DNA of 51,145 bases from an uncultured bacterium (GTDB lineage Bacteria > Bacteroidota > Ignavibacteria > Kapaibacteriales > UBA2268): assembly GCA_937875295.1 (NCBI GenBank), contig CALLXS010000013.1, positions 1-51,145 of the forward strand. The letters run 5' to 3'. Shown piece by piece: positions 29,042-37,223 of this stretch (the first letter of the stretch is position 1; the number at the start of each line of letters is the position of its first letter). Made by a program: the position numbers and the translations under genes. Under the pieces are notes generated by a model. That model worked only from the letters and a program-made list of their open reading frames with translations, made no database searches and was not told the origin of the DNA.

Positions 29042-30580
29042 ATGATTTTTCAATGTTTCAAACGTATAAATGTTATTATAGTAATTTTAGTTATTAATGC
29101 TATAAATCTATTTAGTAATGATATTAATTATGATTTTTATATTATTTTAAATGAGAAAAACTGTGCTTCTTGCTATATATCATCAATAACAGGACTTTGT
29201 AATTTGATAAATAATAGTTTTCCTAGTTCTAAGACAAAAATCATTTATGATACTAAAGATTCAACCTTAATATTAAAACTAAAAAGTTCAATCAATAAAG
29301 ATTTGAAAATAATTTCTAATAATGATGCTGAAGTCTTGTATAAATATTATAGTTCAATTAAACAAAAAGTACCTTTTATAATAATTGAAAATGATAAAAA
29401 TAGTTTCTTTAGATTAGATCTAAATTTAAAAGATCCTTTAGAAACTATAAATGAAATTAAGAATATTATAAAACATAATAAAGAGGAAAAGATAGAAGAA
29501 TTATATGAATTAAGTTGTGGTACTATTTTGGAGAGCGAGCAATTTAAAGATTATTTGTTTTTTTCTAATACTAGCAATGAGTCCTTTATTTTCAATATTT
29601 CAAATAAGAAATTTGAAAAAATCGAAGCATATTCTTCTGATAGCATAAAACTAAAATTTATTAAGAAAGAGAAAATGGGTATTCTAAATGAAATAATTAA
29701 ATATGGAAATCCATTTAATATTACTAATAATATCATCGAAATAAATGATAGTGTTATTACTACTCTTAATGTATTAATGTATGATATTTTAGTAAAAGAC
29801 TCACTAATTGATAATCAGCTTAGTCAAACGGTAACTCCATATTACAAGCGTATGCTTTTCTATTATAATTATAAAAATGGGAAAGTTGCCTATAAAGATA
29901 TAAATTTAAATTTATCAAATATTTTCAATAAGCAATCTTATTATATTAAAAAAAATCTTTTCAACAATAACTTTATATTAATGATGTATTTGCATAATGT
30001 AATACATTTAAATAATATTGAAGAAAATGTAAATTTAATTTTAAAAACGAACAATAATTTTGAAATTATTGATAGTATTTCTATAGCTAAAGTAGCAAGA
30101 ATTTGTATGAAAGATAGCTTAAATACTGGAAGATATTATTTCTTATCAAATAACAACAATAATTTGATATATAATCATGAAAGTAATCTTTATCTCAATG
30201 AGATAGATGGTAAAATTAATACAATTAACTTAAGTGGCATTTTATCTTATAATTCTTTAAATGAAAATGATAAAGATTTGTTATTTATGAGAAATCCACT
30301 TCAAATTAAATCTATTTCATATCCTTCTGTTTTGGTTACGGATAAATATTATTTAATATTTATTGTAATTGAAGAGAAGGAAAATAATATTTTATTGATG
30401 TCTAAATATAGTTTTGATGGAAATATAATTTCTCAACGTAAATTAAATATTAATTCAAAATCTATTCAGTATTTTCAGGTATTTAAAAATTTTGATATAA
30501 ACAATGATTATACAGTTTTAACTGCAAGATATAAAGACGAGACAGGTAAGACCAAATTTATCTCAATTAAAAACAACTAA
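29042..30580 (+). CDS. Hypothetical N/I/K-rich secreted protein, probably a T9SS cargo whose C-terminal domain is frameshifted off
   Basis: N-terminal hydrophobic segment VIIVILVINAINLF, then a CxxC (NEKNCASCY). The end ...YTVLTARYKDETGKTKFISIKNN* resembles the middle strands of a T9SS CTD. The stop follows an A5 run. Confidence 0.55.
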   Translation: MIFQCFKRINVIIVILVINAINLFSNDINYDFYIILNEKNCASCYISSITGLCNLINNSFPSSKTKIIYDTKDSTLILKLKSSINKDLKIISNNDAEVLYKYYSSIKQKVPFIIIENDKNSFFRLDLNLKDPLETINEIKNIIKHNKEEKIEELYELSCGTILESEQFKDYLFFSNTSNESFIFNISNKKFEKIEAYSSDSIKLKFIKKEKMGILNEIIKYGNPFNITNNIIEINDSVITTLNVLMYDILVKDSLIDNQLSQTVTPYYKRMLFYYNYKNGKVAYKDINLNLSNIFNKQSYYIKKNLFNNNFILMMYLHNVIHLNNIEENVNLILKTNNNFEIIDSISIAKVARICMKDSLNTGRYYFLSNNNNNLIYNHESNLYLNEIDGKINTINLSGILSYNSLNENDKDLLFMRNPLQIKSISYPSVLVTDKYYLIFIVIEEKENNILLMSKYSFDGNIISQRKLNINSKSIQYFQVFKNFDINNDYTVLTARYKDETGKTKFISIKNN

Positions 30581-30681
30581 TTTCAGGCAATAAAGCCAAA
30601 ATAGATATTGAACAACTTCCTCCAGGAATGTATTATATAAAAATCGGCAATAAAACTCAGCAAATAATTAAAGTTGAATAA
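30571..30681 (+). pseudogene. Out-of-frame tail encoding the last strands of a T9SS type-A C-terminal sorting domain
   Basis: This frame reads KQLISGNKAKIDIEQLPPGMYYIKIGNKTQQIIKVE*. Compare LPAGVYIIEY...KKFIKN and LPLGNYIGKL...FKFIKK at the ends of the two intact CTD proteins in this window. It has no start codon of its own and is contiguous with ORF 29042-30580. Confidence 0.65.
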
Positions 30682-30708
30682 TATAATTAGAATAGAATAA
30701 AATTAAAA

Positions 30709-30747
30709 ATTCCCATACCACAAATTAAGGTATGGGAATATATTTTT
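30709..30747. terminator. Bidirectional rho-independent terminator shared by the CTD-tail gene and glmS
   Basis: Stem attcccatacc (30709-30719) / ggtatgggaat (30729-30739) with a 9-nt loop. T5 follows on the + strand and TTTT on the - strand. It begins 6 nt from the glmS stop. Confidence 0.8.
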
Positions 30748-32581
30748 ACTCCACAGTAACGCTTTTAGCTAAATTTCGTGGTCTATCTACATCTCTACCT
30801 AATTCTAAAGCAGTATAATATGCTAATAATTGCAGAGGAATAACGGATAAAACAGGGGTAAGCATTGGCAAAGTCTTCGGAATATAAATTATATCATCAG
30901 TTAGTTCTGCTAATTCAGTATCGCCGTAATTAGCTATTGCAATTATTTTACCTTTTCTCGCTAGCACTTCTTGAATATTAGATTTCACTTTATCATAAAT
31001 TTCATCGCGCGTAGCGATGAATACAACAGGCATATTTTCATCTATTAGTGCAATAGGACCGTGCTTCATTTCGGCAGATGGATAGCCTTCAGCGTGAATA
31101 TATGATATTTCTTTTAATTTTAGAGCGCCCTCTAAAGCTACAGGATAATTATAACCTCTACCTAAATAAATGTAATTTTTTGATTTGCTATATTTTACAG
31201 CAATTTTTTTAATTTGCTCGGAATTTTGCAGAATTTCTTCAATTTGAGATGGAATTTGAGTAATTGCTTTTGCTATGTTCATTCCTTCTGTAGAAGATAA
31301 ATTCCTCATTCTACCTAAATAAAGAGATAGAAGAGTAAAAGCACATAATTGTGATGTGAATGCCTTTGTAGATGCCACACCAATTTCAGGTCCAGCGTGA
31401 ATATAAATTCCAGCTTCGGTCTCGCGTGCAATTGAGCTACCTACAGCATTTACAATACCGCAACATAGAGCGCCTTTTTGTTTTGCTTCCTTAATTGCAG
31501 CAAGAGTGTCGGCAGTTTCTCCAGATTGAGAAATAGCGAAAACAATGTCATTTTGGTTTATTACTGGATTGCGATACCTAAATTCAGATGCATATTCTAC
31601 TTCTACAGGTATGCGGGCTAAATTTTCAATTAAATATTCTGCTACTAATGCAGCATTCCATGAAGTGCCACAAGCTGTGATAATAATTTTTTCGGCATTA
31701 CGCAATTTATCTTCTATATTTCTAAGTCCGCCTAATTTTACATTGCCTTCATCGACTAATAATCGACCGCGAAAAGTATTTTCAAATGAAATAGGCTGCT
31801 CGTGAATTTCCTTAAGCATAAAATAATCGAAACCACCTTTTTCAATCTGGTCTAAATTATAAAGTATTTCTTGAATTTCGCTATTTGTATCAACATTATA
31901 AATAGTTTTAGTGAAATAATGATTTTTGGTTATTATAGCCATTTCATTATCATCTAAATATATTACTTGCCGAGTGTGTTGAATAATTGCTGAGGCATCT
32001 GAAGCTAAAATAAATTCATTTTCGCCTATTCCAAGCACCATAGGGCTACCTCTACGAGCAGTGATTATTTTATCAGGTTCATAACTAGATACTACTGCTA
32101 TACCGAAAGTACCTTCTACTTGAATTAAAGCATTTCTGACGGCAGATTCGAGATCTTTGGTTTGCTCATAAATTGCACCGATTAGGACAGCAAGCACTTC
32201 AGTATCAGTTTGTGATTCAAAGGTATATCCTTTTTCTATCAGTTTAGTTCTAAGTACAGTATAATTTTCAATTATACCATTATGGACTAAAGCAATATTT
32301 TTGCTATTATCATAATGAGGATGTGCATTAGTATTATTTGGGACTCCATGAGTAGCCCAACGAGTGTGAGCGATTCCAATATGAGAATTAATTTTCTTAT
32401 GGTCGATTAATCTATCTAAATCTTTGACTTTGCCTTGATTTTTAAATACTTGTAATTTAGAGTCCTCTGAAATAAAAGCTAATCCTGCTGAGTCATATCC
32501 TCTATATTCTAAACGCTGAAGCCCATTAATAAGTATATGAGATGATTTTTTATTTCCAATATAAGCAACAATACCGCACAT
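30746..32581 (-). CDS. glmS: Glutamine--fructose-6-phosphate aminotransferase (isomerizing)
   Basis: N-terminal nucleophile MCGIVAYIG, two SIS domains (SQSGETADT) and the canonical C-terminus LAKSVTVE. Length 611 aa. Confidence 0.97.
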   Translation of the reverse strand: MCGIVAYIGNKKSSHILINGLQRLEYRGYDSAGLAFISEDSKLQVFKNQGKVKDLDRLIDHKKINSHIGIAHTRWATHGVPNNTNAHPHYDNSKNIALVHNGIIENYTVLRTKLIEKGYTFESQTDTEVLAVLIGAIYEQTKDLESAVRNALIQVEGTFGIAVVSSYEPDKIITARRGSPMVLGIGENEFILASDASAIIQHTRQVIYLDDNEMAIITKNHYFTKTIYNVDTNSEIQEILYNLDQIEKGGFDYFMLKEIHEQPISFENTFRGRLLVDEGNVKLGGLRNIEDKLRNAEKIIITACGTSWNAALVAEYLIENLARIPVEVEYASEFRYRNPVINQNDIVFAISQSGETADTLAAIKEAKQKGALCCGIVNAVGSSIARETEAGIYIHAGPEIGVASTKAFTSQLCAFTLLSLYLGRMRNLSSTEGMNIAKAITQIPSQIEEILQNSEQIKKIAVKYSKSKNYIYLGRGYNYPVALEGALKLKEISYIHAEGYPSAEMKHGPIALIDENMPVVFIATRDEIYDKVKSNIQEVLARKGKIIAIANYGDTELAELTDDIIYIPKTLPMLTPVLSVIPLQLLAYYTALELGRDVDRPRNLAKSVTVE

Positions 32582-32720
32582 AGATTTTCATTATTATTAA
32601 ATAAAATATGTAATATAAACGTTTTAAATCAAAAAAAAGTAAAAAAAATAATAATTATTTTCAATAATCGAAGAAAATTGTAAAATTTACGTCTTTAAAT
32701 AAACATAGAAAAGATAAATT

Positions 32721-33470
32721 ATGCCATATTTTGAATTTGACAACCACCAAATATTTTATGATACAAAGGGAAATGGAGAGGATTTATTGCTATTGCATGG
32801 TAATATTGCATCTTCTGTAATGCTTGAATCAGAAATTAATTATTTTTCAAAAAGATATAGAGTTACATATTTTGATTATCCCGGATTAGGCAAATCAGCC
32901 AGATTAGAGAAATTAAGTGATGACTTTTGGAAATATAATGCTAAATGTGCGCTAGAGTTAATTAATTTTTTAAAAATTAAAAGTACAAAAGTAATAGGTA
33001 CAAGTGGTGGTGCTAAGGTAGCTATTAATTTAGGTTTGATTTCTCCAAATTTAATTGATAAAATGATTGCTGATAGTTTCTTCGGCGAATATATCACAAA
33101 AGAAGAAGCCGATAGATTACGCCAAATGAGGTTGAAAGGTAAAACTCAGCTATTACATAAAGCATTTTGGCAAAAGATGCACGGAGATGATTGGGAGCAT
33201 TTAGTAGATTTAGATATCGATTTGATGATAAATACAGGTTATAAGGGAATTAATCCAATCGAAGGCGATTACTCTGTAATTGATTTTCCGGTGATGATTA
33301 CTGCAAGCACGGAAGATGAATTAATCCCAAACATTGAGGAAAGAATGATTCCAATAATCGAAAAAATCCAGTATTGTGAATTTAAATTGTATGATAAAGG
33401 AAAACATCCTTTAATGATTACTAGAAAAAAACTATTTAGAACAATTGCAGAAGAATTTTTCGATAAATAA
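32721..33470 (+). CDS. Alpha/beta-fold hydrolase
   Basis: LLLLHGN (oxyanion region), nucleophile elbow GTSGGA (GxSxG), and a C-terminal GKHP with the catalytic His. Confidence 0.78.
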   Translation: MPYFEFDNHQIFYDTKGNGEDLLLLHGNIASSVMLESEINYFSKRYRVTYFDYPGLGKSARLEKLSDDFWKYNAKCALELINFLKIKSTKVIGTSGGAKVAINLGLISPNLIDKMIADSFFGEYITKEEADRLRQMRLKGKTQLLHKAFWQKMHGDDWEHLVDLDIDLMINTGYKGINPIEGDYSVIDFPVMITASTEDELIPNIEERMIPIIEKIQYCEFKLYDKGKHPLMITRKKLFRTIAEEFFDK

Positions 33471-33500
33471 TATCTAATAATAGTTTTTAATAAAAGGTAA

Positions 33501-35432
33501 ATGATGAAAATAGAATTATTAGCTCCCGCTAAAAATCTTGAATATGGCAAAGCCGCTATTGATGCTGGTGCTGATGCTGTTTATATTGGCGTGAGTGGAT
33601 TTAGCGCCCGCAAAGCTGTAGGGAATTCCATTGCAGAAATTGAAGCACTTATAAATTATGCTCATAAATTCTATGCTAAGGTGTATGTAGCAGTAAATAC
33701 AATTATTTATGAAAATGAATTAAATAAAGTGCAAGAATTAATTCATTCGCTTTATAAAATTAATGCTGATGCTATAATTATTCAGGATTTAGGCATTTTA
33801 AAGTTGGATATTCCGCAAATACCTATTTTTGCAAGTACGCAAATGAATAATTATGATTTAGAGAGAATTAAATTTATTGATTCTCTGGGAATAGATAGAA
33901 TAATTTTAGCTAGGGAATTGGGAATTGAGGAAATAAAGCTAATAAGAGAAAACGTAAATTGTGAGTTAGAGACTTTTATCTATGGTTCGCTTTGTGTTTC
34001 TTTAAGTGGACAATGCTACATAAGTGCTGCCTCTTGCGGTAGGAGTGCAAATCGTGGCGAATGTGCTCAAATATGCCGACATAACTTCGATTTAGTAGAT
34101 GCAAATGGAAAAGTATTAGAAAAAAATAAATATTTGCTATCATTAAAGGATTTAAATCTCGAGAATAAAATTGAAGATTTGATAAAAGCTGGAGTTAGCT
34201 CTTTTAAAATAGAAGGTAGGCTTAAAGAATTAGAATATGTCATTAATTCCGTAGCATATTTCAGAAATAAAATAGACAACTCAATCAAGAAGATTAACAA
34301 TGAAAACTCACTTCAAAATAAATTAGATAAGCAAAGTAATGTTTATTCAAAATCTTCAAGTGGAGAAATAAAATTAAATTTTTTACCAGATTTAGATCGT
34401 ACTTTTAATCGCGGAGGTACGAATTATTTTATTGATAATCAAAAAAATAATGATAGCAAAATTAATGGGAAATTAACAACATATAATACTCAAAAATCAA
34501 TTGGAAAATATATCGGAACTATTGAAAATTGCAAAGAAAAAGAGGTTACTATTAAATCTAATGAAGTAATAGCACCGGGAGATGGTCTTTGCTATTTTGA
34601 CGAAGAGAATGTATTGCAAGGTTTTAGAGTCAATAATGTTATAAATGGAAAAATTATTACATTAAAACAAATTAAAATTAAGAAAGGAACCAAAATATAT
34701 AGGAACGAAGATATTGATTTCGAAAGAGTTTTGAAAAAAAATAATCCACCAAAAAGAAAAATTAAAATTAAGATATTTGTTGATTATTTAACTGCTAATT
34801 CAAGTACAGAATTGCAATTTAAAGTAATAGATGAAGATGGCAATCAGATAATTTTAAAGGAAAATGATAATTCTCTAAATGGAAATTGGATTGACCATAA
34901 AATAATTGAAAAGCAATTCGGAAAAGTAGGAAATACAATTTTTGAAATAGATAAAATTAATATAAATTCAACTATAAAAATTGCAAAAAGTATATCAGAA
35001 ATAAATCAAATCAGAAGAAATATGTTGGAGTTACTATTAGAAGAAAGAATTAAAAATTTTCCGAAAATTATTCAAAAAAACAAAATAATTAATTTAAACA
35101 GTAAGAATTACAAAATAAATAAAAATTTCTCTTTGCTTAATATAGCAAATCATTTGTCATTGGATTTATATAAAGATATTATATTAGACAAGAACTTAGA
35201 GATAAAATATGCACCAGAAGTTACTCAAGAATTTGATGAAATACCACTTATGACGAGCAAATATTGCATAAAGCGAGAACTTAACATTTGCCCAAAACAT
35301 AATAAAGTAGAGAATAACGACTCTCTAAAAACTGAATTATTTCTAAAAGACAATTCTAAGAAATATAAATTAGAGTTTGACTGCAAGGAATGCATAATGA
35401 AAATATATAAAGCACAAGATAAAGCAAAATAA
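33501..35432 (+). CDS. Peptidase U32 family protein (long form with C-terminal extension)
   Basis: N-terminal KIELLAPAKNLEYGKAAIDAGADAVYIG. The U32 signature ETFIYGSLCVSLSGQCYIS is present. Four Cys residues are arranged CX6CX15CX3C. Confidence 0.9.
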   Translation: MMKIELLAPAKNLEYGKAAIDAGADAVYIGVSGFSARKAVGNSIAEIEALINYAHKFYAKVYVAVNTIIYENELNKVQELIHSLYKINADAIIIQDLGILKLDIPQIPIFASTQMNNYDLERIKFIDSLGIDRIILARELGIEEIKLIRENVNCELETFIYGSLCVSLSGQCYISAASCGRSANRGECAQICRHNFDLVDANGKVLEKNKYLLSLKDLNLENKIEDLIKAGVSSFKIEGRLKELEYVINSVAYFRNKIDNSIKKINNENSLQNKLDKQSNVYSKSSSGEIKLNFLPDLDRTFNRGGTNYFIDNQKNNDSKINGKLTTYNTQKSIGKYIGTIENCKEKEVTIKSNEVIAPGDGLCYFDEENVLQGFRVNNVINGKIITLKQIKIKKGTKIYRNEDIDFERVLKKNNPPKRKIKIKIFVDYLTANSSTELQFKVIDEDGNQIILKENDNSLNGNWIDHKIIEKQFGKVGNTIFEIDKININSTIKIAKSISEINQIRRNMLELLLEERIKNFPKIIQKNKIINLNSKNYKINKNFSLLNIANHLSLDLYKDIILDKNLEIKYAPEVTQEFDEIPLMTSKYCIKRELNICPKHNKVENNDSLKTELFLKDNSKKYKLEFDCKECIMKIYKAQDKAK

Positions 35433-35573
35433 TTTTTTAATTATATTTTATAAAATAATAATTCTTTTTTTTTGTCTAAAGATCATACAATAATTTAAAT
35501 TATAATTAGTGAAAAAAATATTTATTATACCACTCTAATAAATTGAAAAGAAACAACATAAGGACTATTAAAA

Positions 35574-36473
35574 ATGCTCAATGAATTAATTATTAAATCG
35601 ATGCCACTTATTCCGAAATCAATTATCAAAAGTGTTGCTAAGCGATATATTGCTGGTTCGTATCTCTCAGATGCAATTAGCATGACAAAGAAATTTGAGG
35701 CAAATGGTGCTATGACTACAATTGATCTTTTGGGTGAATTTGTGCAAGAAAAAGAAAAAGCACTACATGAGCGAGGAGAAATTACAAAAATAGTTGATGC
35801 AATTAAAAGCAACAATTTAAAAACATATGTTTCAATAAAACCTACTTCATTAGGACTAGGAATAGATGAAAATTTTGGTTATGAAAATATCGAATATTTA
35901 ATTAAATATGCAAGAGATAATCAGCAATTTATGCGTTTAGATATGGAAAATTCTCCTTATACTGAAAAAACTCTAAATGCCTACAGTAAGTTACGTTCTA
36001 ACGGATTAGATAATGTAGGAGTAGTTATTCAAGCATATATGAAGCGTAGCGAAAATGATTTAATTAATTTAAAAGAATTTAAACCAAATGTGCGTTTGTG
36101 TAAAGGTATTTATAAGGAGTCTGCAGAAATTGCAATCCAAGATAAACAAGCAATACGCGATAATTGGAAGAAATTATTAGCATTCCTTTTTGAAAATGGT
36201 AGTTATATTGGAATAGCAACTCATGACGATGAATTAATTAATTTTGCTTTAGATTATATTACTAAAAATAATATTTCAAGGGATCAATATGAATTCCAGA
36301 TGCTATTAGGTGTAAGAGAAACGCGAAGAGATGAAATAATTAAATTAGGCCATAAAATTAGGATATATACTCCATTCGGGGAGGATTGGTATGGCTATTC
36401 TATTCGTCGCTTAGAAGAAAATCCAGATATGGCAGGGCATATTTTTAAAGCATTTTTTGGTATTGGTAAATAG
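35574..36473 (+). CDS. Proline dehydrogenase (monofunctional PutA-type)
   Basis: VSIKPTSLG, VRLCKGIY, IATHD and EFQMLLGVRE...IRIYTPFGEDWYGYSIRRLEENP are typical proline dehydrogenase TIM-barrel blocks. Confidence 0.82.
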   Translation: MLNELIIKSMPLIPKSIIKSVAKRYIAGSYLSDAISMTKKFEANGAMTTIDLLGEFVQEKEKALHERGEITKIVDAIKSNNLKTYVSIKPTSLGLGIDENFGYENIEYLIKYARDNQQFMRLDMENSPYTEKTLNAYSKLRSNGLDNVGVVIQAYMKRSENDLINLKEFKPNVRLCKGIYKESAEIAIQDKQAIRDNWKKLLAFLFENGSYIGIATHDDELINFALDYITKNNISRDQYEFQMLLGVRETRRDEIIKLGHKIRIYTPFGEDWYGYSIRRLEENPDMAGHIFKAFFGIGK

Positions 36474-36524
36474 TTCTTTTGTTTTTTTTAAAAAAAAGCT
36501 TTTTCACTTCTTATAATTTATTCT

Positions 36525-36556
36525 TCCCTCTGTAAAATTATGCAGAGGGATTTTTT
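36525..36556 (+). terminator. Rho-independent terminator after proline dehydrogenase
   Basis: Stem tccctctgta (36525-36534) / tgcagaggga (36541-36550, one G-U pair) with a 6-nt loop, followed by T6 (36551-36556). Confidence 0.8.
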
Positions 36557-36564
36557 AAATTTAT

Positions 36565-37203
36565 TTAAGTAAGTTCTTTTATTCTACTTTCATCTAAATT
36601 ATACATTTGTTTATATATTGCTAATTTGATTTTATCAAGAATGAAATGGCTTAATACAATGTTATTTTGTTGATTAAGATCTTTGTTTTTGCCAATAACG
36701 GATAATAATTTCATTTCAATTTTATTATTATCAGAAAAAGAAGGCATATTGTATGCAAAATCTGGGTATTCAACGCAATTAATTTTACGATAAAATAGTA
36801 ATCTTTTGTATTCAACTGAACTAGGATCTGAATTATAAGGATTTTCTATTTCTATTATTAATATAGTATTATTTGAAATAATAGTATTTATAACTTCTTC
36901 TAAGAATAAATAACCATAATTTTTGCCACGATAATTATTATCAATTGCAAAATAATTTAATACAGTAAAATTATATTTCTCTTTTTTATCAAAATGTTGT
37001 AATGAGAACAATGTCGCAAACCCAATTAAATGCTCTTTATCATCGGAGCAATTTTGATAATAACCCAATACATTTTCACGTTTATTTTTAATTCTTTGAT
37101 GAAGCACTTCAATAGGAATTTGCTCACTTAGCGGAAAAGCTTCAGTGTATATTTTAAATACTTTAAGTAATTCATTTTCATTATTGTTAAGGAATTTTAT
37201 CAT
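36565..37203 (-). CDS. GNAT-family N-acetyltransferase (tentative)
   Basis: FAIDNNYRGKNYGYLFLEEVI resembles GNAT motif A (R/Q-x-x-G-x-G/A). Size ~210 aa. Confidence 0.5.
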   Translation of the reverse strand: MIKFLNNNENELLKVFKIYTEAFPLSEQIPIEVLHQRIKNKRENVLGYYQNCSDDKEHLIGFATLFSLQHFDKKEKYNFTVLNYFAIDNNYRGKNYGYLFLEEVINTIISNNTILIIEIENPYNSDPSSVEYKRLLFYRKINCVEYPDFAYNMPSFSDNNKIEMKLLSVIGKNKDLNQQNNIVLSHFILDKIKLAIYKQMYNLDESRIKELT

Positions 37204-37223
37204 ATATTCATTAATTAGAATAT

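Noticed and set aside
32582-32720. Possible glmS ribozyme in the glmS 5' leader
   Set aside because: The 139-nt leader is almost pure A/T with long A runs. It lacks the GC-containing conserved core of the glmS ribozyme, which is in any case mainly a Firmicutes feature.
35525-35815. Minus-strand ORF overlapping the start of the proline dehydrogenase gene
   Set aside because: The plus-strand gene has strong family motifs through the overlap. The minus ORF would have no plausible partner or promoter and has hydrophobic low-complexity content.
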